A stretch of 64,000 bases of DNA from positions 14,731 through 78,730 of the forward strand of contig CALRGR010000001.1 in the NCBI GenBank assembly GCA_943357985.1, written 5' to 3'. The stretch is from Candidatus Levybacteria bacterium GW2011_GWA1_37_16 (lineage in GTDB: Bacteria > Patescibacteriota > Microgenomatia > Levybacterales > UBA12049). Position numbers and translations under genes: made by a program. Shown here piece by piece: positions 50,953-59,394 of the stretch (positions are counted from its first letter, which is position 1; every line of letters starts with the position of its first letter). Under the pieces are notes generated by a model, which was given only the letters and a program-made list of their open reading frames with translations, was not told where the DNA came from and made no database searches.

Positions 50953-51426
50953 ATGAGACACAAAAAAGTTAAAAAAAGAGAAACGGTCCCAGATAAGATT
51001 TACGGAAGCAGATTGGCTAGCAAGTTTATAAATTCCATGATGAAAGATGGAAAGAAGACTATTGCCGAAAATCTTTTTTATGATGCAATAAAGAGAATTG
51101 AGGAAAAAGAAAAGGACGCAATTTCATTATTTGAACGCGCGGTTGCAAATGTTGGTCCAAGACAGGAAATTAAACCCCGAAGAGTTGGAGGAGCATCTTA
51201 TCAAATTCCTATTGAAGTAAGAGGAGAAAGAAAAACATCCTTGGCTATCCGTTGGATAATTCTAGCTGCAAAAGCACGTCCAAATAAAGAATATCACACA
51301 TTTTCAGAAAAACTTGCAGCAGAACTTTTAGATGCAATTGAAAATAAAGGTGAAGCGGTAAAGAAAAGAGACACAGCCCACCGCATGGCAGAAGCAAATA
51401 AGGCTTTTAGTCATTTCCGCTGGTAA
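50953..51426 (+). CDS. rpsG: 30S ribosomal protein S7
   Basis: The S7 fold sequence (DKIYGSRLASKFINSMMKDGKK...RVGGASYQIPIEV...) and the operon position. Confidence 0.95.
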   Translation: MRHKKVKKRETVPDKIYGSRLASKFINSMMKDGKKTIAENLFYDAIKRIEEKEKDAISLFERAVANVGPRQEIKPRRVGGASYQIPIEVRGERKTSLAIRWIILAAKARPNKEYHTFSEKLAAELLDAIENKGEAVKKRDTAHRMAEANKAFSHFRW

Positions 51427-51697
51427 AGTCTCACTTGTCTAAATCTTACTCTTAGGTATTTAATAGAAGCATGAATACAGAAACCCCACATAATATAACT
51501 ACTTAGGAAATTTTTGTTGATCGATGGGTTGCTCGTGAGATAGCTAGGAATGGTAAACCACTAAGGATAGTTAATCCTACCTTGAGACTTGTCTATCAAC
51601 ATGAGGCTATAAAGTCCGTTGGGACTAGTCGAAGAGGTTCAAGTTAAAACACAGACCGAAAAGTTATAGAATTTCCTACGCCCTTGGTCTAAACGTA

Positions 51698-52300
51698 TTA
51701 TTCTACACTGACTTCTAGGATTTTGTCGCCGACAACTATATTTTTTACTACGTCCATTCCTTTTGTAACTTTTCCAAAAATTGTGTAATTGTTCGGCAAG
51801 GCATTATCTGCAAGCATTATAAAAAACTGGCTGCCGTTTGTATTAGGCCCGGAATTTGCCATAGCAACTACGCCCTCTTTATAACCTGCTTTATAACTTG
51901 GCGTATTTGGATTTAATTCATCTTCAAATTTTGCTCCATAGATTGAAGTTCCTCCGGTTCCATTTCCATTTGGGTCTCCGCCTTGGATTACAAAGTTTGG
52001 TTCAACGCGGTGGAAAGTTAAATTATTGTAATATCCTCTTTTTGACAGTGTTGCAAAATTTGTGACTGTTTTAGGCGCATCCTGCGGATACAATTCTATC
52101 TCGATAATGCCCTTTGCGGTGGTTATTGTCGCTTTCTTCGCGGAAATAAAATCATTTGGAGTTGGGGTTGGTGTGGGAGTTGTAGTTGTCATGTTTGTTA
52201 AATCCGCTTGACTTGGTTTAATACTTTGGTTGCCAAGCATGGCTACTCCAAAATATCCTAGAATCGCTACTGCCAAGACTATAATAACAGCTTTCATCAT
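51698..52300 (-). CDS. ppiB: Cyclophilin-type peptidyl-prolyl cis-trans isomerase with an N-terminal membrane anchor
   Basis: FHRVEPNFVIQGGDPNGNGTGGTSIYG...FFIMLADN are cyclophilin motifs. The probable start is MMKAVIIVLAVAILGYFGV at 52300; the ORF track extends to 52438. Confidence 0.8.
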   Translation of the reverse strand: MMKAVIIVLAVAILGYFGVAMLGNQSIKPSQADLTNMTTTTPTPTPTPNDFISAKKATITTAKGIIEIELYPQDAPKTVTNFATLSKRGYYNNLTFHRVEPNFVIQGGDPNGNGTGGTSIYGAKFEDELNPNTPSYKAGYKEGVVAMANSGPNTNGSQFFIMLADNALPNNYTIFGKVTKGMDVVKNIVVGDKILEVSVE

Positions 52301-52350
52301 TTGATACTTTGTTATTTTGCCAGAAATAAAAATCAATTTCAATAGCCTAA

Positions 52351-52379
52351 TTGATTGAGTACGGCTAGTGTGGTATAAT
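52351..52379 (+). promoter_or_regulatory. Putative promoter upstream of fusA (TTGATT, 17 nt, TGgTATAAT extended -10)
   Basis: Hexamers read from the sequence. Confidence 0.45.
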
Positions 52380-52386
52380 TTTTGTG

Positions 52387-52417
52387 TCTTCCCGCAAGAT
52401 CTGGGGAAGATTTTTTT
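52387..52417 (+). terminator. Terminator- or attenuator-like hairpin TCTTCCC-N10-GGGAAGA followed by T7, 21 nt before the fusA start
   Basis: Perfect 7-bp GC-rich stem with a U-tract on the plus strand only. Confidence 0.5.
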
Positions 52418-52438
52418 CATCCAAAGGATGATTGACAT

Positions 52439-54556
52439 ATGGCTGCAACAAACAGAAATTTTACATTAGATAAAATTAGAAATATTGGTATTATTGCCCA
52501 CATTGATGCGGGTAAAACTACAACTACGGAACGTATCCTTTATTACACAGGAAAAACCTACAAAATCGGAGATATTGATGAAGGAAATACTCAGATGGAC
52601 TGGATGGAGCAGGAAAAAGAGCGTGGTATTACTATTGTATCTGCTGCTACAACCGCTTTTTGGAAAGAGCACAGAATAAATATTATAGACACCCCAGGAC
52701 ACGTTGACTTTACAGCAGAAGTTGAAAGGTCACTTAGAGTTTTGGATGGTGGAATTACAGTTTTAGACGCAGAAGAAGGAGTTCAATCCCAATCTGAGAC
52801 TGTCTGGAGACAGGCAGATAAATATAAAGTTCCAAGACTTTGCTTTGTAAACAAAATGGATAAGCTTGGAGCTGATTTTTTGGCAACAATAAAAAGTATT
52901 GAGGATAGGCTTGGTGCAAATCCCGCAATTATGGTCTTGCCAATTGGAGTAGAGCATACTTTTAAGGGAACAGTAGATCTTCTAACTCAGCAATGTTTTA
53001 TTTGGGGATCGGATGATTTGGGAGCAGAATTTGAAACAACAGATAAGATTCCAGAAGATATGAAAGCTCAAGTTGCAGAGTACCGCAGCAAGCTTATTGA
53101 AAAAATTGCAGAAACAGATGACGCACTCCTCGAGAAATATTTGGCAGGAGAGGAGCCAAGCGTAGATGAATTAAGAGCAGCGCTAAGACGTGCAGTTATT
53201 GCCTATAAATTAGTTCCAATTTATGCAGGATCTTCCCTTCGCAACAAAGGTGTTCAGCCACTTTTGGATGCTGTTATTGACTACCTTCCTTCTCCTTTAG
53301 ATACCTCGTCTGCAAAGGGAAATGGAATAAATCCTAAAACAGGTGAGGTAGTTGAGAGAGCGCCTGATCCAAAAGGACCCTTTGCTGGGCTTGCTTTTAA
53401 AATTCAAATAGATCCTCATGTAGGAAAACTTACATATTTTAGAGTTTATTCAGGAACATTTGAATCCGGTTCTTATATTTACAATAGCTCAAAAAATACA
53501 AGAGAAAGAGTCGGCCGTATACTTTTAATGCACGCAAACACAAGAGAAGAAATAAAAGAAGCAACAGCCGGGGAAATTGTTGCTTTGGTTGGACTAAAAG
53601 AAACAACAACCGGAGATACTCTTTGTGATGAGGCAAATCCAATAGTTTTGGAAAAAATTACATTTCCTGAGCCAGTTATCTCTCTTGCAATTGAGCCTAA
53701 AACAAAGTCAGACCAAGAGAAACTCGGGTTTTCTCTTAAAAGACTTATGGAAGAAGATCCAACTTTTACTGTTAAAACAAATCATGAGACAGGACAGACA
53801 ATTATCTCAGGAGTCGGAGAACTTCAGCTTGAAATTATGGTTGATAGAATGAAAAGAGAATTTGGAGTTTTGGCAAATGTTGGAGCGCCTCAAGTTGCTT
53901 ACAAAGAAACTATTGCACAGGAAGCGCAAGCCGAAGGAAAATATATTAAGCAAAGTGGTGGACGCGGACAATATGGGCATTGTTTCCTTCGAGTTACACC
54001 AAAGCCCCGTGGTGAAGGATATGAATTTGTCAATGCAATTAAAGGCGGAGCAATTCCTGCTGAATTTATAAAAGCGGTTGCCAAAGGTATTGTTGAGGCT
54101 ATGGAAAACGGAATTCTTTTGGGATATCCCTTGGTAGATATGGCAGTTACATGTTATGACGGAAGCTATCATGATGTTGATTCATCTGAAATTGCTTTTA
54201 AAATTGCTGCATCTCAAGCTCTTCAAGCAGCAACCAGAAAAGCAGAGCTAAGACTTTTGGAGCCTATTATGAAAGTTGAAGTTACAACTCCATCTCAATT
54301 TTTAGGAGATGTGATTGGAGATCTGTCTGCAAAAAGAGGACAAATTATTAGCACAGAAGAAAGAAGCAAGGCGACGATTGTTTTAGCATCTGTTCCTCTT
54401 GCAGAGCTTTCTGGATATGCAACGACACTTAGAAGCATGTCTCAAGGTCGTGCTTCTTACTACATGGAGCCATCGCATTATCAAGAAGTCCCACAAAATA
54501 TAGTAGCGGAAATGCTTGAAAAGTCTACATTTACAGGCCGCATCAACGCCCAGTAA
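52439..54556 (+). CDS. fusA: Elongation factor G
   Basis: [23 protein letters not shown]...DTPGHVDFT...; conserved along its full length. Confidence 0.97.
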   Translation: MAATNRNFTLDKIRNIGIIAHIDAGKTTTTERILYYTGKTYKIGDIDEGNTQMDWMEQEKERGITIVSAATTAFWKEHRINIIDTPGHVDFTAEVERSLRVLDGGITVLDAEEGVQSQSETVWRQADKYKVPRLCFVNKMDKLGADFLATIKSIEDRLGANPAIMVLPIGVEHTFKGTVDLLTQQCFIWGSDDLGAEFETTDKIPEDMKAQVAEYRSKLIEKIAETDDALLEKYLAGEEPSVDELRAALRRAVIAYKLVPIYAGSSLRNKGVQPLLDAVIDYLPSPLDTSSAKGNGINPKTGEVVERAPDPKGPFAGLAFKIQIDPHVGKLTYFRVYSGTFESGSYIYNSSKNTRERVGRILLMHANTREEIKEATAGEIVALVGLKETTTGDTLCDEANPIVLEKITFPEPVISLAIEPKTKSDQEKLGFSLKRLMEEDPTFTVKTNHETGQTIISGVGELQLEIMVDRMKREFGVLANVGAPQVAYKETIAQEAQAEGKYIKQSGGRGQYGHCFLRVTPKPRGEGYEFVNAIKGGAIPAEFIKAVAKGIVEAMENGILLGYPLVDMAVTCYDGSYHDVDSSEIAFKIAASQALQAATRKAELRLLEPIMKVEVTTPSQFLGDVIGDLSAKRGQIISTEERSKATIVLASVPLAELSGYATTLRSMSQGRASYYMEPSHYQEVPQNIVAEMLEKSTFTGRINAQ

Positions 54557-54593
54557 TAACCTCGTTTGTGTTTTGCCTAAGAAATATCCTATA

Positions 54594-55562
54594 ATGGCTT
54601 TTATGGCGCAAATTCACGAAATTGGTCCTCGGATTGACGCAACACATTCTCCAATTACCACAGACGTTACGCTTGAAGAAATATCTAGAATTGTTAGACC
54701 AGGTTCTTTCGATAGGATACATGAAATATTTTATGAGTTAGGAGCTATTCCTCGAGGTGAACAATTAGTGTTTAATAATCCACCTATAAAGCATGAGAGA
54801 GGAGGAAAAGTTTCTGGTTTTGTGTATCCTTATCAAAGAGATCATGGAGAAAATGAATTGCTGGTATCATGGGGGCAAGCTACTAAACGGAGCTTGCCGC
54901 ATTTTCATTTACATCCCGACGGTATAACTGATGTAAGTGAGATATATCATTGGGTTGATGGTAAAGCAAAATTAAATATGGAGGGAGATGAAGTTGATCT
55001 AAGCGAAGAAAATCCAGTTGTGATTGTTCCTCCGGGGGTTAAGCATCAACTTAGCACAGACAATTTTTCTCTCACTGTTATAGAAATGGTAAATATAGCG
55101 AAGATTCCAGAAGAAGATCGGCATAGAGGTCCAAAAGAAGTTCTAATCTCTTCTGAATTGCACCGGGCAATAGGAGTTGATTTCCGCGATGATGTGAAAT
55201 GGGCAATAGGAGGGGTAGCTGAGGATAGAGAATTTAACGAACCTTTATATCGGTATGATGGACAAGACCATATATTTATTTTTGAAGGAATTTTAGGCAA
55301 TCAGTATGTTGAAGCATTTATTCTTCCTCCTAATAGCGAAGTTAATCAGCGCGAAAGAAAAAAATTCAGACAATATCGTGTAATAAGAGGCAAGATGACC
55401 TTGGACATAGACGGAAAATTTCAGGAAGTCGATGCTGTTGATGCTAAATCCGTTCCATCAGATCAACATAGAATATATACAAGCGACAAGCCCGCATTAA
55501 TTATTAGTAGATCGATAATTGGTCCCTCTATCAAAAAAGAACCAAGGCATTTGGATCATTGA
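54594..55562 (+). CDS. Cupin-domain protein (probably bicupin)
   Basis: Cupin motif 1 PHFHLHPDGITDVSEIYHWVDG and motif 2 VVIVPPGVKHQL. The start ATG at 54594 is after the fusA stop; the ORF track starts at 54516, inside fusA. Confidence 0.5.
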   Translation: MAFMAQIHEIGPRIDATHSPITTDVTLEEISRIVRPGSFDRIHEIFYELGAIPRGEQLVFNNPPIKHERGGKVSGFVYPYQRDHGENELLVSWGQATKRSLPHFHLHPDGITDVSEIYHWVDGKAKLNMEGDEVDLSEENPVVIVPPGVKHQLSTDNFSLTVIEMVNIAKIPEEDRHRGPKEVLISSELHRAIGVDFRDDVKWAIGGVAEDREFNEPLYRYDGQDHIFIFEGILGNQYVEAFILPPNSEVNQRERKKFRQYRVIRGKMTLDIDGKFQEVDAVDAKSVPSDQHRIYTSDKPALIISRSIIGPSIKKEPRHLDH

Positions 55563-55608
55563 CCATTTTACCCGCACTTATACCCTCAGAGCAAGTAAGA
55601 GCTATTAG

Positions 55609-55797
55609 ATAGAATTTTATCTTTATTCTGATAGTAGCTATAAGGGTTGGGAAACAGCAAAGCATGCAGCCGAAAGAACAATACGTGTAGTCTCTCATAT
55701 TATGGATGACAATGTTGGGAAAACCGTAGCAATTATTGGACATGGAGCAGTCGTGTCTAGACCGCGATACATTGAGAACGGTTTAAGTACAAATTAA
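55609..55797 (+). pseudogene. C-terminal remnant of a histidine-phosphatase (phosphoglycerate-mutase family) gene
   Basis: The frame reads ...AAERTIRVVSHIMDDNVGKTVAIIGHGAVVSRP..., which matches the conserved C-terminal block of PGAM-family enzymes (...GKTVLIVSHGGVIRAL). There is a stop upstream at 55606 and no N-terminal catalytic RHG region. Confidence 0.45.
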
Positions 55798-55819
55798 AGG
55801 AGCTTACAGTGGCTCGTAT

Positions 55820-56229
55820 ATGCGAGCCTACACAATACTTCCAGTTAATGTTATTCGTACTGCCGATCTTTCAAAGATGCTCTTAAGAGACTATACTGGA
55901 TGGATTGGTACCAAGCTCATGGTAAGAATGCCGAAGGTACCTGTAGGCATTTTGGTATCTCCAAAAGTGTATTTTACCGCTGGAAGAATCGATACAAGCC
56001 CTACAATCTTAAAACCCTTGAGGATGACAAGAGCAGCAGAAGACCACATAAAGTGCGGGAGATGACAACAGCACCAGCTGTTCTTGCGCGTATCTATGAT
56101 ATTCGCTTTCTCGATCGGGAGAAGAGTAAGTACGAAATCCAGGAAGAGCTAAAACGGGAAGGTATTATCTGTGGCCGCTCAGCAATCCAGAAGGTTATTA
56201 ACCGCCATGGAAAACTTCTTCGTATTTAA
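55820..56229 (+). mobile_element. Truncated, frameshifted IS481-family-like transposase N-terminal (HTH) fragment. There is no DDE core and no recognisable terminal inverted repeats.
   Basis: ORF 55900-56229 reads DWYQAHGKNAEGTCRHFGISKSVFYRWKNRYKP...SRRPHKVREM..., typical of the IS481/IS3-type N-terminal HTH (RHFGVSRSTFYKW..RY). The likely N-terminus (LPVNVIRTADLS...) lies in a different frame at 55820-55899. Nothing integrase-like follows. Confidence 0.5.
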
Positions 56230-56671
56230 AAGGTAATCAAAGCGAACAAGAGTACGCCAAAGGTGTTTTAGATTTCTATGAGGGTCTTGGTCTAGATCGG
56301 GATCAAATTTTGACTTTGGCTAAGCAGCAAAATGAAGCGACTGTGCCTGTACCGGCCCAATAGATAAACTTCCAGTTAAAAAATCGGTGTAAAATGGAAT
56401 TAGATGCAACCCTTTCTAATTTTTTTTGGCGAACTTGTCTTTCTGTTTTTTCTTTCCAAAATTTTAATCGCGGATTTGGGCCAGCTGCTGCTTAGAGTAA
56501 CTAAAAGCAGGAAGTGGTCTATATATATTCTTTCGTTTTTGTTTTTGCCCGGTACCGCCCATGAAATTAGAACAGAAAGCTTTGCATTAAATATAATCAT
56601 AATGAGAAATGTAACTTCTATTCCTAAGGATCGTAGACACATTTCTGTATAAAGTCGTTGTATTTTCCCTC

Positions 56672-56700
56672 TTGACGCAGGCATATAAATGTTGTATATT
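56672..56700 (+). promoter_or_regulatory. Putative tuf promoter (TTGACG, 17 nt, TATATT)
   Basis: Hexamers read from the sequence, 38 nt upstream of the tuf ATG. Confidence 0.45.
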
Positions 56701-56737
56701 AAATTAAGCCTTTTTGAGAGGTTTTTATTTTTAATAT

Positions 56738-57925
56738 ATGGCAGAAGCAGCAAAATATCAAAGAACAAAACCACATTTAAATATTGGTACCATTGGTCAC
56801 GTTGACCATGGAAAGACCACATTAACCGCAGCTATTACAACCGTTCTTTCTAAAAAGGGAATGGCGACAGCTAAAAAATATGAAGATATTGATAATGCTC
56901 CAGAGGAAAGAGCTCGTGGAGTTACTATTAATATTTCCCACCAGGAATACGAAACAGAAAAAAGACACTACGCTCACATTGACGCTCCAGGTCACGCAGA
57001 TTATGTTAAAAACATGATTACGGGTGCCGCTCAAATGGACGGTGCAATTCTGGTAGTTTCTGCTCCAGACGGTCCAATGCCTCAGACAAGAGAGCATATT
57101 TTACTTGCACGCCAGGTTGGAGTTCCTTCAATTGTAGTTTTCCTTAACAAATGCGATATGGTTGACGACGAAGAGCTTTTAGATTTGGTTGAAATGGAAA
57201 TCCGCGAACTTCTTACAAAATACCAATACCCGGGAGCTGAAACACCAATTATAAGAGGTAGTGCTCTTAAAGCTTTAGAGGGCGACCCAGAAGCAGAAAA
57301 ACAGATTATGGCACTTATGGATAAGGTTGACGAATATATTCCAACCCCAGTAAGAGACACAGATAAGCCATTCTTGATGCCTGTTGAAGACGTTTTTTCA
57401 ATTAAAGGACGCGGAACAGTTGTAACCGGAAGAATTGAAAGAGGAAAGATTAAAATAAACGAAACAGTTGAAATTGTTGGAATTAAAGCCACAAAATCTT
57501 CTGTTGTAACAGGAGTTGAAATGTTTAAGAAACAACTTGAAGATGGTCAAGCCGGAGACAATGTTGGACTTTTGCTCCGTGGAGTTGAAAAAGCAGATGT
57601 AGAACGTGGACAAGTTATCGCAAAACCAGGAAGCATTACTCCTCACACAGACTTTGAAGGAGAAATTTATATCTTGGCAAAAGAAGAAGGCGGACGTCAC
57701 ACACCTTTCTTTACAGGATATAGACCTCAATTTTATATCAGAACAACTGATGTAACAGGAGAAGTAACTCTTCCAACAGGCGTTGAAATGGTTATGCCAG
57801 GAGACAATACAAAAATGACTGCAAAGCTTATAGTGCCAGTTGCTTTGGAAGAAGGAGTTAGATTTGCAATTAGAGAAGGCGGAAAAACAGTTGGAGCAGG
57901 TGTTATTAGCAAGATACTCAAATAA
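56738..57925 (+). CDS. tuf: Elongation factor Tu
   Basis: [20 protein letters not shown]...[26 protein letters not shown]...; conserved along its full length. Confidence 0.98.
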   Translation: MAEAAKYQRTKPHLNIGTIGHVDHGKTTLTAAITTVLSKKGMATAKKYEDIDNAPEERARGVTINISHQEYETEKRHYAHIDAPGHADYVKNMITGAAQMDGAILVVSAPDGPMPQTREHILLARQVGVPSIVVFLNKCDMVDDEELLDLVEMEIRELLTKYQYPGAETPIIRGSALKALEGDPEAEKQIMALMDKVDEYIPTPVRDTDKPFLMPVEDVFSIKGRGTVVTGRIERGKIKINETVEIVGIKATKSSVVTGVEMFKKQLEDGQAGDNVGLLLRGVEKADVERGQVIAKPGSITPHTDFEGEIYILAKEEGGRHTPFFTGYRPQFYIRTTDVTGEVTLPTGVEMVMPGDNTKMTAKLIVPVALEEGVRFAIREGGKTVGAGVISKILK

Positions 57926-57936
57926 GCTCGGAACAC

Positions 57937-57994
57937 GATCTGAAGGTTTGCTCACATGGGCTTAGTCCTGAGCTTGCCGAAAGATCTTTTTTTT
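57937..57994 (+). terminator. Complex GC-rich hairpin region ending in T8 downstream of tuf. It contains the reverse-oriented copy of the 19-nt GC motif (57965-57983).
   Basis: GATCT...AGATC outer stem with an inner GCTCA-N14-TGAGC stem, then TTTTTTTT. Confidence 0.55.
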
Positions 57995-58032
57995 GCTAAA
58001 ATGCACATTACGCACTTTAAAAGGAGAAGCAT

Positions 58033-58341
58033 ATGCCAAAAGGAAGAATTAGAGTAAGACTAAAAAGTTACGACGCAAGGGTGATAGACCTTTGTTCTCA
58101 GCAAATTTTAGATACGGCAATAAGAACCGGAGCTAAAATCGTGGGCCCGGTACCTCTTCCAACCAGGCGAACAGTTTATGCAGTTAACCGCTCTCCTTTT
58201 ATAGATAAAGACGCACGTGACCACTTTGAAATGCGTGTCCACAAAAGACTTATTGATATAGTTTCCCCAACAGACAAAACAATTGATTCTTTAACCCACC
58301 TAGAACTCCCCGCCGGAGTTTCTATTGAGATCCGCATGTAG
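58033..58341 (+). CDS. rpsJ: 30S ribosomal protein S10
   Basis: [41 protein letters not shown]... Confidence 0.95.
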   Translation: MPKGRIRVRLKSYDARVIDLCSQQILDTAIRTGAKIVGPVPLPTRRTVYAVNRSPFIDKDARDHFEMRVHKRLIDIVSPTDKTIDSLTHLELPAGVSIEIRM

Positions 58342-58455
58342 TCTTCTCCTAGCCTTGTTCTCTATTGCAATTAGGCAGGAGTTTAGATATAATTACCCTA
58401 GTTTAAGTCATGATAAACCTAAAGGAGGTTCCTTTGACTACATAAAGCTCATTTT

Positions 58456-58505
58456 TAGGAAAGTATTTTCCTGAAAACACGGCGGCTCTATGTAGCCGTT
58501 TTTTT
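58456..58505 (+). promoter_or_regulatory. Structured leader between rpsJ and rplC. Hairpin AGGAAA-gtat-TTTCCT at 58456-58471, then terminator-like hairpin ACGGC/GCCGT with T7 at 58479-58505.
   Basis: Read from the sequence. The rpsJ-rplC spacer is 200 nt, whereas the other ribosomal genes in this cluster are separated by 0-50 nt. Confidence 0.45.
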
Positions 58506-58542
58506 GGTTTTATCCTTCGGCAGGCTCAGGACTTAGTAAGAT

Positions 58543-59394
58543 ATGCAAGCAATAATTGGTCAAAAAGTCAGTCAAACACAGAAATTTTTGGAAGACGGAA
58601 GAAGAATCCCTGTAACAGAGATTATGATTTCCGGCGGAAATGTTGTTGTGCAGACAAGAACCGTTGGAAAAGAAGGATATAATTCAATTCAGCTTGGTTT
58701 TAAAAGCAAAAAAAATGGAAATAAGCCACTCATAGGACATGTAAAGAAAGCCTCACTTGATGAGGCTCCTCTTTTTTTAAGAGAGGTAGAGGTCGAGGGA
58801 GAAGATTTCCCTGAAATTGGAAGTGTAATCAAGGCCTCAGATGTTTTTAAGCCTGGAGACATAGTTGATGTGATTGGAATTTCAAAAGGAAAAGGATATG
58901 CGGGAGGAGTAAAAAGGCATCATTTTAAAGGTGGACCCAGAACTCACGGACAAAGTGACAGAGAAAGAGCGCCTGGATCTATTGGACAATCTACAACTCC
59001 GGGAAGAGTTTATAAAGGAAAAAGAATGGCAGGAAGAATGGGACATGAAAGAGTGACAGTTGCGAATTTACAAGTTGTTGAAGTGACAGATGATGGAGTT
59101 TTGATAAAAGGACTAGTTCCGGGAGGAGTTAATAATCTTATTATGATTAAAAAAGTTGGAGAATCTAAAAAATTTGTGCCTTTATACAAAGAGCCAAGTG
59201 AAGAACCAGAGGTATCGGCCGAGGAAGTCGTAGTTGAACCAGTTATCGAAAGTGTGAATGAAGCCGCCGGTAGCACTTCCGTTTCAGATGACGCTGCGCC
59301 AGTTATTGAGGAACCACCTGTAGTTTCAGAAGAAAAATCGGAGGAAACATCCCCCGACACTAAAGTTATGGAGGACAAGGAAAATGCCAGTTAA
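58543..59394 (+). CDS. rplC: 50S ribosomal protein L3 with an acidic C-terminal extension of about 70 aa
   Basis: L3 core (GHVKKASLDEAP..., KGKGYAGGVKRHHFKGGPRTHGQS), then PSEEPEVSAEEVVVEPVIESVNEAAGSTSVSDDAAPVIEEPP.... Confidence 0.93.
   Translation: MQAIIGQKVSQTQKFLEDGRRIPVTEIMISGGNVVVQTRTVGKEGYNSIQLGFKSKKNGNKPLIGHVKKASLDEAPLFLREVEVEGEDFPEIGSVIKASDVFKPGDIVDVIGISKGKGYAGGVKRHHFKGGPRTHGQSDRERAPGSIGQSTTPGRVYKGKRMAGRMGHERVTVANLQVVEVTDDGVLIKGLVPGGVNNLIMIKKVGESKKFVPLYKEPSEEPEVSAEEVVVEPVIESVNEAAGSTSVSDDAAPVIEEPPVVSEEKSEETSPDTKVMEDKENAS

Noticed and set aside
51427-51697. A possible tRNA or other canonical RNA gene in the 270-nt rpsG/PPIase spacer
   Set aside because: No acceptor or T-loop (GTTCRANYC) cloverleaf could be assembled on either strand. 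It is retained only as an unexplained non-coding region.
55563-56400. An intact IS element or intron in the fusA-tuf spacer
   Set aside because: There is no DDE catalytic domain, no terminal inverted repeats and no target duplication. Only the N-terminal HTH of the transposase survives, so this is a remnant.
56400-56822. ORFs at 56400-56822 (minus) and 56404-56652 (plus) in the tuf upstream region
   Set aside because: They overlap each other and the tuf start and promoter, have low complexity and show no conservation signal. They are probably non-coding remnants of the decayed insertion.
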